From assembly GCA_965213925.1 (NCBI GenBank), contig OZ243927.1:1216001-1280000 (forward strand): a stretch of 64,000 nucleotides of DNA, in the 5' to 3' direction. The stretch is from Trueperaceae bacterium (GTDB lineage: Bacteria; Deinococcota; Deinococci; Deinococcales; Trueperaceae). The first letter of the stretch is position 1. Each line of letters opens with the position of its first letter. Positions 40,643-50,593 of the stretch are shown in pieces. The notes below the pieces were generated by a model. The model saw nothing but the letters and a program-made list of their open reading frames with translations. It made no database searches and had not been told where the DNA came from. Made by a program: the position numbers and the translations under genes.

Positions 40643-42538
40643 TCAGCTTCGGTACGCTTCGCATTGCTCAATAAAGCTCGTGAGTTCCTGTATAAAATCC
40701 TTTGGGTGATCTGGCTTGTTGTTTAATAGCCACCTAGTGAGCGCCTCGGAGTGCCTAGTCTTTTTATACTCGAGGCGATTTTCCGAAAGCTCCTGAAAGA
40801 GATGTTTAAGCAACTTGGCTGCGTCAACTACGCCGTACCACGGTCGCGTTTCGTTAGCTGCTGATTTTGATGGCATGAAACTATTTTTGTTCTGCTCTAG
40901 CCATGTTTCGACTTGAGCTGTATTCGCTCGAGTCTCCCCGCTAGGGTCAGCGGCATTAAGTACCTGAGTTATCGCTTCAGCGTCGAGGAGGTAATTTTCG
41001 TAGTGACGAAATTTTGTGAATTCAATTTTGCCTGCTTCGAGCCTCTTGAGTGAAGTAATCTTCTGATTCGAACGTTCTTCACGGTCAACAAAGAAACCAA
41101 GTGCTGGCGGATAAAGTGAGTCTGGCTTGCCGCCCTTACTCATCCGTCGATACGTCTCCACAATGCGCTTTAGCTGCTCTTCCTTTCTGTCGAGGTCGCT
41201 CGTTTGATAAATGCGGAGGAAGCTCGTTCGATAAAGAGGGCTTCCCGCGTACCTCAGGAGAATGGGAAAGCACCGCTCCTCGGTTTGCCCTTCGACCCAG
41301 AGCACCGTCTCAGCACCGAAAACGTCAGCAAGACCAACGCCAATGTCAGCGAGCATCTCGTGCCTTTCCTGCGCTTCATCGGGGTCGACTGCGACAAAAA
41401 TTGATTCTTGATTGTTCTCCGCGAAGACAACACGCATAATAGTGTCAGGATCAGCCGTGCTAACGACGATAGGGTCGTGTGTACCAATAAAATACTGGTG
41501 CGTATCGTGCTGCTTAAAAATTTCAATCAGAGCTTTTGTGGCTGCGGGATGTAAGAAAGACGAGGGCTCATCAATCACAAGCACTTTAGGTGTCTGAGAG
41601 ATGTAGACAACATAGAGCATCGCAAGTACTTGACTGACGCCTGTCCCACACTTTCTTAAAGGTACGGTCAAGTCAAAGCGCTTTCTTGCTGGATCAATAG
41701 AAGATACCTCTATTTCGGTTGTGCTGTTTGATCGGTTGACTGAACGCACGGAGCGTATGTGTGGCAGAACGGTTGATACAAGTTCGTTGTACTCACGAAA
41801 ACTCTCTATATCACTCTGTAAGTTCTGTATGACCTCAGGTAAGTTGCGGGCGTTCGAAGCGAGGTCTCTTGACATACCGACCGAAGACTCACTAATGTTC
41901 AAACGCTCAGCGTCGAATCGATACGTTTTTGAAGCAAGATCGCTGAGCATTCTGCTTTCGAACCACAATTCTGATCGAAGAGCGGTCGAACTACCCGTTT
42001 TTTCCGAAAGCCCCTGATCTTTTGTCACCGCATATTTGTGAAATTGTCTTTGCTTTTGTCCATATTTTGCTAAAGAAGGGTCAAAGTACAGCCCGAAAGA
42101 GTTTCTAAGCACGGCTCGCTCTAACGAATGAAAGCTACCACCACGCCCAGAAGTTCTCAGCGAATAATCAATTTCATGAGTACCTTTTCTGTCTTCCAGA
42201 GAAAAGCCGTGGATAACCCTTCCCGTTCTTCGATCAATAGGAAGCTCAAGGATTGTTGAATCCCTATTTACGCTGAGGTAGTTTATAACCTCTGCTTTGC
42301 TTGCGGCTATGGATAAGAAAACCTCAGATTGCAGATACTCAGGTTTATCGCCGACTTCAAGAATTGTTGACTCGCTCTTGTGTGGTTCACTATCTAACTC
42401 GAAGGCAAGAGCTTTCATGAGTGCTGTTTTCCCAGCACTGTTTTGACCTGTAATAATATTTATGCCCGCTTGAAACCGCGCCTCACCGGAATCTCTGAAC
42501 GAGAAGTAGTTCTTGACTTGGATTTTAGAAATGTACAT
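40643..42538 (-). CDS. OLD-family ATP-dependent nuclease (ABC ATPase + TOPRIM), putative defence protein
   Basis: GQNSAGKT, GTGVSQ, VIDEPSSFLHP, THDP, VEGQTE, VDRE, ENYL; visibly AT-richer than its flanks. Confidence 0.82.
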   Translation of the reverse strand: MYISKIQVKNYFSFRDSGEARFQAGINIITGQNSAGKTALMKALAFELDSEPHKSESTILEVGDKPEYLQSEVFLSIAASKAEVINYLSVNRDSTILELPIDRRTGRVIHGFSLEDRKGTHEIDYSLRTSGRGGSFHSLERAVLRNSFGLYFDPSLAKYGQKQRQFHKYAVTKDQGLSEKTGSSTALRSELWFESRMLSDLASKTYRFDAERLNISESSVGMSRDLASNARNLPEVIQNLQSDIESFREYNELVSTVLPHIRSVRSVNRSNSTTEIEVSSIDPARKRFDLTVPLRKCGTGVSQVLAMLYVVYISQTPKVLVIDEPSSFLHPAATKALIEIFKQHDTHQYFIGTHDPIVVSTADPDTIMRVVFAENNQESIFVAVDPDEAQERHEMLADIGVGLADVFGAETVLWVEGQTEERCFPILLRYAGSPLYRTSFLRIYQTSDLDRKEEQLKRIVETYRRMSKGGKPDSLYPPALGFFVDREERSNQKITSLKRLEAGKIEFTKFRHYENYLLDAEAITQVLNAADPSGETRANTAQVETWLEQNKNSFMPSKSAANETRPWYGVVDAAKLLKHLFQELSENRLEYKKTRHSEALTRWLLNNKPDHPKDFIQELTSFIEQCEAYRS

Positions 42539-42574
42539 CTTTTTGGTTCTTTGCTATTTGAATTGCTCCATACA

Positions 42575-42716
42575 GCTCCTTAGATTCGTTAGTATTAACC
42601 TGCTCTAAAGGCGTGTAGAGTTGCACCTCGAGGGTCTCGAGGTCGCCGCGACTAGGCTTAACCTTTCTGAACGCTTTATTGAGCGCGTGCTGAGGTGTGT
42701 GCAAGTTCGGGCGCAT
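42575..42716 (-). pseudogene. N-terminal remnant of a type IIG restriction-modification enzyme
   Basis: PQHALNKAFRKVKPSR...NTNESKE resembles the ALNKAFLKVKPNR...TESEE N-terminus of type IIG enzymes (recalled, not searched). Confidence 0.6.
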
Positions 42717-42965
42717 GATGGTCATCCCCATCTTAGAATGGGACACCATAACGTCTAAGAAGATGAAGGCGTCGTGAAGGATGTCACTGTATACGGGTAA
42801 GACGTGGACGCTTGATGAAGAGCATCAAGTAGCGTCCTCTAGCCATTTCAGAGGCGCGAAGCGGTACGCTTAGGCAAGGTGCGCCCTCGAGCGCGTGTAA
42901 GGTCATGACAGCGTGAAGATAGAAGACCATGTCAAGAAAACTATGCTAATGGTTGGAGAGATACC

Positions 42966-43238
42966 GTGGACGATAGAAACGCCTTAGCAGACCCTCCGAA
43001 AAGGGTAGACGCTTACGATGATATCTATGAAACAGCTCAGCCGAGCGTCAGCGGTGAAGACCAGCGGAGACCGCGTGCCGACAATCCTGAACCCCGCTCC
43101 CCGGCACCCCACTCTGAAGACATCCGCAAAATCCAAGTGGACGACGAGGACCGCCTAGCCTTCCGCGTCGGCGTCAACGCCTTGACGCTTATCCTCTTAG
43201 GCTTCGGCATCTGGCTTCTCATCACCTACGTTTTTTAG
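42966..43238 (+). CDS. Small protein with an acidic disordered N-terminus and a C-terminal TM helix
   Basis: SD GGAGA; terminal hydrophobic helix; 12 bp upstream of the next gene. Confidence 0.65.
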   Translation: MDDRNALADPPKRVDAYDDIYETAQPSVSGEDQRRPRADNPEPRSPAPHSEDIRKIQVDDEDRLAFRVGVNALTLILLGFGIWLLITYVF

Positions 43239-43250
43239 GGTCTCAACATT

Positions 43251-44852
43251 ATGCTGCCTTTTAACCTCACTACCTTCGCCGCCATCCTTATCGCCATCGT
43301 CCTTTTAGGACTCCTCCCCAACCTTATCCGCCGTTACGCCGTCGCTGACAGTTCCTCTCACTTGGGCTCGCTCGTGCAGCTTCTTTTGGGTTTGGGCGCG
43401 TTGGCGCTGACCACTTACGTCGTGCTCTACTTCCTGAGTCTCATCGGCGGCTTCTACGAGTCTTTAACCTGTAAAGTCGTGACGATTCCCTCGTGCGAGG
43501 ACCCGTTAGGGCTTCCCGCGTGGCTCAGGCTGCCCGCGCAGAGCGTCGGCGGGGTGATGGGCGTCTTACCCCTGATTGCGGTCTTTCTCGCTAAAGTTTT
43601 GCAGCCGACCCCGCCACCCCTACCTGACTTTTCGGACAAACCTCTTTGGGAAGGGCTCACGCGCCGCAGCTTGGCGTGGCTGGGTAACAACATGGGGCTC
43701 ATTTTTATCTTGGGGCTCGAGCTGTGGCTTGCCTGGTTGCGCGGCGCGGCGGAGGCGTCGGACAGGCAGCTCCGGTTGCAGCTTGGCTTAGATAGCGAAT
43801 TGCCCCAAGCCTATCTCTCAGTCGCGCAGTGGGGCGCGGTGGTGCTCGCGCTGGGTCTAAGCGCCGTCGTCATCTACTTGGGCATCGTCGGGCGGCACAG
43901 CCGCCTTCTCTTGGTGCGTGCGCTCGGTGACTTGCGCTACGGCGCAGGGCTCATGGACATTCTGAGCGCCCTCTTTCGTGCGCTCGCCACAGCGGTCGTT
44001 GCGCTCTGGACGATAGCGGCGATTACGCTCGGGCGGCTTCTCTTAAAGACGCAGAGCGCTGTATTCCGTGTCTGGGCGATGCTGATGATTGCCTTTGGGC
44101 GACTTCTCTTAAAGACGCAGAGCATCCTCTATAGCGCGTGGGCGTTTTTAGCGACGACGGTAGGCTGGACGCTCGTGTGGCTAGGCCGCATCGGAAGGCG
44201 CGGCGGAGGACGCGGGCGCACGGTTGAGGTTCTTGCGTTCATGCTCATCCTGAGCGGTTGGGGCGTTTCCTACGCCGCAACATATGTTGTTTTAATCGAC
44301 GCGACGGGCTCCGAAGCCGAGCGCATTCAGGAGACGAACCAAACGGTTCTTTCCTGGGCGGACCCGTCGCCGCAACGCGCCCTCCTAGGGAGGGGCGACA
44401 GGCTCATCGTCATCCCGATTCGTGCGCCGGGGAACCTCGACCCCACGTACAGTGCTCTTTTCAATGCGACCTATCCGAGCAGTCAGTTGGAGCGCTACGA
44501 CTTCTTCATCACTCTGCGTGACGCGCTGCCAACCGAGGTAGATACGGACTTCGGCACAGGCTTGAGCGAAGCATTGCGAGCCGCCGCGTTTTATCTGCGC
44601 GAAGCTGAAGGGGAAAAGGTGCTCGTGGTGTTTGGCAACGGCGAAGACCATTCGCCAGCGGCGCTCCAACCCGCTGAGCTTCCTTTAGAAAATACGACGG
44701 TGGTGCACCTCAATTTGGGGTTAGAAGAGCGCGACAGGTGGCAAAATGTGTATCAGCAAGCGGGCGCGGCGGATACGCTTCTCTATGACCTTGCGGCGAC
44801 TCGCTCGCTTAGACAGGCGGAGTTGCAAGAGGATTTGGAGTCATCTAACTGA
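43251..44852 (+). CDS. Polytopic membrane protein with a C-terminal vWA-like domain
   Basis: Many hydrophobic helices; VVLIDATGS, GTGLSEAL, KVLVVFGNGED. Confidence 0.7.
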   Translation: MLPFNLTTFAAILIAIVLLGLLPNLIRRYAVADSSSHLGSLVQLLLGLGALALTTYVVLYFLSLIGGFYESLTCKVVTIPSCEDPLGLPAWLRLPAQSVGGVMGVLPLIAVFLAKVLQPTPPPLPDFSDKPLWEGLTRRSLAWLGNNMGLIFILGLELWLAWLRGAAEASDRQLRLQLGLDSELPQAYLSVAQWGAVVLALGLSAVVIYLGIVGRHSRLLLVRALGDLRYGAGLMDILSALFRALATAVVALWTIAAITLGRLLLKTQSAVFRVWAMLMIAFGRLLLKTQSILYSAWAFLATTVGWTLVWLGRIGRRGGGRGRTVEVLAFMLILSGWGVSYAATYVVLIDATGSEAERIQETNQTVLSWADPSPQRALLGRGDRLIVIPIRAPGNLDPTYSALFNATYPSSQLERYDFFITLRDALPTEVDTDFGTGLSEALRAAAFYLREAEGEKVLVVFGNGEDHSPAALQPAELPLENTTVVHLNLGLEERDRWQNVYQQAGAADTLLYDLAATRSLRQAELQEDLESSN

Positions 44853-44862
44853 ACCTCTTGAT

Positions 44863-45150
44863 ATGCTCGATTTCTTTTTGTTGACTGACTCGAACGATTC
44901 TGTCGGACACTTGACCATACAAGATGCTAAATGGTTGATAAAAATGAACGTCGCCGAAGTTAGAGACCTCCCTTTTGATGATTTTAAGTGGTCATCAGTG
45001 CAAGTTAGACATAAATACGTTCACTGCAAAGCTCGAGCTAAAGAACTTCGCAAAGTTCCGGGATTTAGCAGCACTGCGCTTCAAGCCTATGAGCGAATTT
45101 TGCAAACTGCTGTAGATGAAGAGTGCGGTCTCAAAGCTGTCAGCGATTAG
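44863..45150 (+). CDS. Hypothetical protein (AT-rich)
   Basis: ORF starts 10 bp after the vWA gene; no family recognised. Confidence 0.45.
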   Translation: MLDFFLLTDSNDSVGHLTIQDAKWLIKMNVAEVRDLPFDDFKWSSVQVRHKYVHCKARAKELRKVPGFSSTALQAYERILQTAVDEECGLKAVSD

Positions 45151-45667
45151 AACTCGAGCTATCTCGCAACATCCGTACCGTCACCAAAAGCTGTCCCACG
45201 TGCCGCATCGTATGTTCGGCGGCGTGCGTATAGAGCCCTATGACGGTGGAGGGCAAACGCTGGCGTCCGACCTCTCTCGCCCCTAACAGCACCCCTTCAT
45301 CCACCTCTCGCAGCGCCGCCAACGCCTGCTCGACCTCTTCGCTAAATTCTCTGTAAAGGTCTTGCGCTGTAACGTTCGCAACTTTACCCTCTGCGCGCAA
45401 CGCCTCTAACTGCAGCTCACTAAGCTGCTCACCTCTCGCGTAGGTGAAAAGCCGCCCTAGCACACCTCTTAAATGCTGCAAATGAAACCCCACCGACGCG
45501 GCGCCAGCGGGCTTCTCCCAGAGTAGATCATCGGGGAAGTCTGTGGTGAGGGCAAAGACCTCTTCTCTCGCTTGCAAGAGGGCGTGCGCAACGCCTTGCA
45601 GATGCGGCGGTATGTCGGGCAGGGGTCCGCGCAGCCAGACCTCCAGGGTCTCTTCTTTATTCGGCAC
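45140..45667 (-). CDS. DinB-family protein
   Basis: SVGFHLQH...HAAEHTMRH His triad. Confidence 0.85.
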   Translation of the reverse strand: MPNKEETLEVWLRGPLPDIPPHLQGVAHALLQAREEVFALTTDFPDDLLWEKPAGAASVGFHLQHLRGVLGRLFTYARGEQLSELQLEALRAEGKVANVTAQDLYREFSEEVEQALAALREVDEGVLLGAREVGRQRLPSTVIGLYTHAAEHTMRHVGQLLVTVRMLRDSSSSNR

Positions 45668-45703
45668 GTTTTACGCCTCGCTATCCCTTAACGCGAGGTT
45701 ACG

Positions 45704-46024
45704 TTAGGTTCCTTTAGTTGCGAACATCACGTCGTTCGCCCCGTCCATGCCGCGCACCATCAGCGGCAAGTCGGTGACGACGCTCGTACCCTCGCGACCT
45801 TGGTCGTAGACCTCACCCGAGTAGTGCACCAGGGCGTCTTCACCGCTATTCGCCTGCTCTCGCATGGCGTTTTGCAGTGGACCTATCGCCTCGTCGGGCA
45901 CGTGCAGCTTGCCGCGCACCACTTCGCCGGTGCTCTCGACTTTGAACCGCTCCAAGTCGCCGGTGCACTCGAGCCTGCGCTCCTGTCCGTTATCCGTCAA
46001 TGTAAGCGTTCCTGAAACTGACAT
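45704..46024 (-). CDS. Hypothetical protein
   Basis: Host-like codon usage; TAGAGT 6 nt before ATG. Confidence 0.65.
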   Translation of the reverse strand: MSVSGTLTLTDNGQERRLECTGDLERFKVESTGEVVRGKLHVPDEAIGPLQNAMREQANSGEDALVHYSGEVYDQGREGTSVVTDLPLMVRGMDGANDVMFATKGT

Positions 46025-46197
46025 GCGTTTACTCTATAGCGCCCTGCGCTCCGCACATTAGGGCGCGGCTTACAGCGCCAGCCGCCCTGAAGTTGCTCTA
46101 GGCACGTTACGCTACGTGAGTACTTGTGATACCTTGATGTGTTAGTAAAACGTGTTGGTTCTGGTGGTGAACTCTATCTAGCGTTTGGTGGTGGGTT

Positions 46198-47604
46198 GTG
46201 GAAAGCTCGGACAGAAAAAAAGTCGGTACGCAGCAAAAGGCGTTTGACCTGAATATGGATAATAACCGCTACGGCACCTTTGCCGAAATCGGCGCGGGGC
46301 AAGAGGTCGTGCGGTGGTTTTTCCAAGCAGGCGCGGCAGCGGGCACGATTGCGAAGTCCATCTCGGCGTACGATATGACGGTCAGCGACGCCATCTACGG
46401 CGAGTCGCCGCGCTACGTATCCAGGGCGCGGCTCGAGACGATGCTCCAATACGAATACGACTTACTCACCGATAGGCTCGCCGAGAACCGCGACGCGCCC
46501 CAGTTCTTCGCCTTTGCCAACACGGTGCGGGCGAGGACGTACAGGGGTAGCGACGAGTGCCACGGCTGGATGGGCATCCGCTACCAGGCGACGCCGGGGG
46601 GCGAGCCGAGCCAAATCCTGACCCACGTGCGGATGCTCGACCGCGAGAACCAAGTGCAGCAAGAGGCGCTAGGGGTTTTGGGCGTCAACCTCATCTACGC
46701 GGCGTTCGAGCACTTCGAGAAGCCTGACAGACTCTTGCGCTGCCTCTTGGACGACCTCTCCACCGAACGCATCGAGGTGGACATGGTCAAGCTCTCGGGT
46801 CCCGCCTTTGAGGACGTCGACTCGCGCATCATCAGCCTCAAGTTGGTGCAGTTGGGGCTCAGCCAAGCGGCGATGTTCGCTACCGACGGCAGCGTACTTC
46901 ACGCCGCTGAAGTGCTCTACAAAAAGCCCATACTGGTCGAGCGGGGGCGCTTTCGCCCGGTGACGTACGTCAATTTGGATATTTTAGAGAGCGCACGTCA
47001 GCAGTTCTCGCGCCGCTTCGAAGAGGACAATATCGTCCCTATCATGGAGCTGACCCTGCAAGATTTGCGCGCCGACGGCGAGCTTGACTACCGGGACTTC
47101 TTAGACCGGGCGGACGTTTTAGAAGCCACCGACACCATCGTGCTCGTCTCGAATTACTTCGAGTATTACCGCCTAGCCGCCTATTTGCGGCGCTACTCAA
47201 ACCAGCCTATCGCGCTGGCGATGGGCATTCCGAGCATCGGCGACCTCTTCGACGAGGATATTTATGACGACCTAGATGGCGGCGTACTAGAGGCGTTCGG
47301 GCGGCTTTTCAAAGGCGACCTCAAGCTCTACATCTATCCGACTAGAAATGGGGAGACGGGCGAGCTTGTGACCACCGACACATATGAGGTTCCCGCTCAT
47401 CTGCAGTACCTCTATAAGCATCTGCGCCACAATGACTACCTCGAGCAGATCGACTGCTACAACGAAGAGTACCTGCATATCTTCTCGCATGAGGTCCTCG
47501 CTAAAATTCGCTCTCAGGATGCCTCTTGGGAAGAGATGGTGCCATCCGAGGTGGGACAGCTCATCAAGGAGCGCGAACTCTTCGGGTACCAGAGCGGACG
47601 TTAG
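46198..47604 (+). CDS. Conserved protein with a nucleotidyltransferase-like C-terminal half
   Basis: YGTFAEIGAGQEV, SAYDMTVSDAIYG, RGRFRPVT, LEAFGRLF, W...VP motifs; soluble, no signal peptide. Confidence 0.75.
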   Translation: MESSDRKKVGTQQKAFDLNMDNNRYGTFAEIGAGQEVVRWFFQAGAAAGTIAKSISAYDMTVSDAIYGESPRYVSRARLETMLQYEYDLLTDRLAENRDAPQFFAFANTVRARTYRGSDECHGWMGIRYQATPGGEPSQILTHVRMLDRENQVQQEALGVLGVNLIYAAFEHFEKPDRLLRCLLDDLSTERIEVDMVKLSGPAFEDVDSRIISLKLVQLGLSQAAMFATDGSVLHAAEVLYKKPILVERGRFRPVTYVNLDILESARQQFSRRFEEDNIVPIMELTLQDLRADGELDYRDFLDRADVLEATDTIVLVSNYFEYYRLAAYLRRYSNQPIALAMGIPSIGDLFDEDIYDDLDGGVLEAFGRLFKGDLKLYIYPTRNGETGELVTTDTYEVPAHLQYLYKHLRHNDYLEQIDCYNEEYLHIFSHEVLAKIRSQDASWEEMVPSEVGQLIKERELFGYQSGR

Positions 47605-47806
47605 CGGTTTCGCAATAGGTCTGCGGCGCGAGGTGACGATCGGCTCGACATTCGGAGGTGAGCCACTGCTGACGCCATCTCCAAATATCGCTTTGACGGT
47701 AGAAAATACGGCGATATTCGTACGATTTTGCATTCGTGGGCATGAAAATACACGTTTGTGTGAGCAATTCGGCGCGGTCGCGGTCGGTTCTCCTTAGCAT
47801 GGAGGT

Positions 47807-48013
47807 ATGACGCAGCTCGAGGGGTTCACCTCACTCAAATACTACGCTCAGCACGTGTCCTGCCTGAACGGTTCGCAACGTGCCGAGGGCAAACGGCAAC
47901 TCAAAGGGTGGATGCTCCTCTTCATCCGCAAGCACGGTCTTTTAGAGGTCGACGAAACCTGGCGCTCGCTCGCGCACGCGCTCTTCGACGTTTACCCGAA
48001 ACAACTCAATTAA
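47807..48013 (+). CDS. Small hypothetical protein
   Basis: GGAGGT directly before ATG; 68 aa. Confidence 0.5.
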   Translation: MTQLEGFTSLKYYAQHVSCLNGSQRAEGKRQLKGWMLLFIRKHGLLEVDETWRSLAHALFDVYPKQLN

Positions 48014-48089
48014 TGACCGCGCTCGCTGTTCTGTTCTGATCTTCACGTTGTCACCAACCCCGGTTTTTCCAGCCGCTTTGCCTCTCCTC

Positions 48090-48163
48090 GTAAAAGCGCT
48101 GCACAAAAGTGTGCTGCCCGTACGCTGTGAAAACCAAATGGTGTAGGAACGCTTCGGTCTCAC
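48090..48163 (-). pseudogene. 5' fragment of an Stf0-like sulfotransferase
   Basis: SYTIWFSQRTGSTLLC PAPS-binding motif, after which the similarity is lost. Confidence 0.5.
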
Positions 48164-48164
48164 G

Positions 48165-49691
48165 CTACGACTGAATCAGCGACTCTCCTGTCATCTCTTC
48201 GGGCTTATCTAGCTCCATCAACCTCAAAACTGTCGGTGCGATGTCGCCCAGCACGCCGCCCGAACGTAGCGTGACCTCTTGCTCGCTGCCAATGAGCACG
48301 CACGGTACCGGGTTCGTCGTGTGCGCGGTGTGCGGACTGCCGTCTTCGGTCAGCATCTTCTCGGCGTTGCCGTGGTCAGCGATGACGATGACCGCGCCGC
48401 CCTTCTCGGTGAAGGCGTCGACGATTTTGCCTAGACCCTTGTCTGAGGCTTCGCACGCCCTAATCGCCGCCTCGATATCGCCCGTGTGTCCGACCATGTC
48501 GGGGTTAGCGAAGTTGATGAGGATGAAGTCGTCAGCGAACTCCTGGATGCGCTTGACCGTCGCTTCGGTCAACTCGGGGGCACTCATCTCGGGTTGGAGG
48601 TCGTAGGTCGCGACGTCCGGGGAGTCGATGATGTCTCGCGTCTCGCCCTCGAAGGGCGTTTCGACGCGAGCGTCAAAGAAATAGGTCACGTGCGGGTACT
48701 TCTCCGTTTCAGCCGTGTGGTACTGCGTCTTGCCCGCGTTGCTCAAGACCTCGGCTAAAGGAAGGGTGATTTCGGGCAGCGCCAACGCAAAAGGTACGCC
48801 CAGCTCCTGGTCGTATTCCATCATCGAAGTGTAGTGAATCTCTACCACCTTGCAGCGTTCGAACTTGTCCCAATCCTCGTCGCCCAAGAGCGCGTACGTC
48901 ATCTGCCTAGCTCTGTCAGCGCGGAAGTTAAAAAAGATCACCGCGTCGCCGTCACTGAGGCGCGGGGCGGGCTCGCCGCCACTCGTGATAACGGTCGGCT
49001 TGATGAACTCGTCCGTTTCATCGCGGTCGTAGGCACTCTGGACCGCCTCTTTCGCACCTTCCGCCGTAAATTCCGCCTCGCCGCACACAATAGCGTCGTA
49101 CGCTTTCTTCACCCTCTCCCAACGGTTATCGCGGTCCATCGCGAAGTAGCGCCCCGAGACGGTGGCAATCTCAACGTCGTGGTCCAAGTCGTCAATCTTT
49201 CCTTGCAACTCCTCCACGAAGCCGAGCGCCGAGTCCGGCGCGGTGTCGCGTCCGTCGGTAAACACGTGGACGTAAACGGGCGCGGCCCCCTTGCGCTTGG
49301 CGAGTTCTAAAAGCCCGTAGAGGTGCCCCATGTCGCTATGCACACCGCCGTCGCTGACTAAGCCCATGAGGTGGAGCGCGTTGCCCGCGCCGTACGCCTC
49401 GTTCAAAACCTCGTTCCCGAACAACTCGCCGTTGTCGATGAGCTTCTGGATATAGGTGAGACTCTGCATCACCACGCGCCCCGCGCCTAGGTTCATATGC
49501 CCGACTTCGCTGTTGCCCATCTGTCCGTCCGGTAAACCTACGGCTTCGCCCGAGGCGGCAAGTTCGGCGTGCGGGCATTCGTTCCAGTAGCGGTCGAAGT
49601 TGGGCGTGTTCGCACGGGCGACGGCGTTGCCTTCGCCTTCCGGGGCGAGACCGAAGCCGTCCAGGATAACGAGCATGACAGGTTGGCTCAT
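48165..49691 (-). CDS. gpmI: 2,3-bisphosphoglycerate-independent phosphoglycerate mutase
   Basis: ILDGFG, MGNSEVGH, DGRD, NFRADR, NPDMVGH, ADHGN, HTAHT. Confidence 0.96.
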   Translation of the reverse strand: MSQPVMLVILDGFGLAPEGEGNAVARANTPNFDRYWNECPHAELAASGEAVGLPDGQMGNSEVGHMNLGAGRVVMQSLTYIQKLIDNGELFGNEVLNEAYGAGNALHLMGLVSDGGVHSDMGHLYGLLELAKRKGAAPVYVHVFTDGRDTAPDSALGFVEELQGKIDDLDHDVEIATVSGRYFAMDRDNRWERVKKAYDAIVCGEAEFTAEGAKEAVQSAYDRDETDEFIKPTVITSGGEPAPRLSDGDAVIFFNFRADRARQMTYALLGDEDWDKFERCKVVEIHYTSMMEYDQELGVPFALALPEITLPLAEVLSNAGKTQYHTAETEKYPHVTYFFDARVETPFEGETRDIIDSPDVATYDLQPEMSAPELTEATVKRIQEFADDFILINFANPDMVGHTGDIEAAIRACEASDKGLGKIVDAFTEKGGAVIVIADHGNAEKMLTEDGSPHTAHTTNPVPCVLIGSEQEVTLRSGGVLGDIAPTVLRLMELDKPEEMTGESLIQS

Positions 49692-49888
49692 AAGGGTGTT
49701 CCAAGTCTAGTCTGGTTAAGAGGTCGGTTCATTATGCCAGCACTCTAACCCTAAGCGTCCCTAAAGAAAAGGTCGCGCTGTTTGCAAAGTGAGCCCTCAC
49801 GCGCTACTTAAAGTGAAATTTCACCGCTACATGCTCCTGAGGGCTTGTTTAGATAGGGTTATGTGGTTGACCTCATGGAGAGAGGAGA

Positions 49889-50527
49889 ATGATGAAAAAG
49901 GTAGTGATGTTTGTGGCGGCTTTAGGCGTCGCGGCGGTTTTAAGTGCTTGCGGGTCGTCGAGTGTAAGCGGCGAGGCAGCCGGGACGATCTCGGGGCAGG
50001 TGGCGGATTACAGTGGACCGGCGGGGGTGCTCGAGGCGACCTCGATTCTCGGTGGCAAGGCTTTAGGTACAGGTTCTATTGATACCGATGGAACCTTCTC
50101 GCTCGAGCTGGATAAAAACCCTTCTAACCTAGCAGGTGGCGCGGTTGTTCCTACAGCTAGCGCCTGCCCTAATGTGAACGTCTCAGACGCTCAGGTCAAA
50201 GGAACAGGCGTAACGGAAGTTAATATTATCGCTGCTGGAGAAGTTGTGGGTCAGCTTTATCAAAGCAGTATTTTTGATGAAGACGCCGGGGACTCTTTCT
50301 CCGTGGTGACACGGCTTTATGTGGATAGAGACGTGCTGGTAAAAGGAAATTGTACGTTTAGAAGTGAGGGAACTGAATTCAGGGCGACTTACGATGCTGA
50401 TTATCGGCAAGGGTGGAATGTCGCGCTGGCTGAGACGACAACGGACATTGACACGAGTACATATACCGCGCGTTACACCAATGGTTCCCCGGCTGACGTT
50501 GCTTGGTACTACATCTCTTTGGAATAG
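49889..50527 (+). CDS. Hypothetical lipoprotein
   Basis: Lipobox LSAC; SD GAGGAG. Confidence 0.75.
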   Translation: MMKKVVMFVAALGVAAVLSACGSSSVSGEAAGTISGQVADYSGPAGVLEATSILGGKALGTGSIDTDGTFSLELDKNPSNLAGGAVVPTASACPNVNVSDAQVKGTGVTEVNIIAAGEVVGQLYQSSIFDEDAGDSFSVVTRLYVDRDVLVKGNCTFRSEGTEFRATYDADYRQGWNVALAETTTDIDTSTYTARYTNGSPADVAWYYISLE

Positions 50528-50593
50528 AGAAATATCCGCCGCTTTAAGCCTCGCTACGCGGGGTTTTTCTTTTGATATGTCACAATAAGAGTT

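Noticed and set aside
46198..47604. TonB-dependent receptor label that I recall being attached to this family
   Set aside because: No signal peptide or beta-barrel pattern; the protein looks cytoplasmic alpha/beta.
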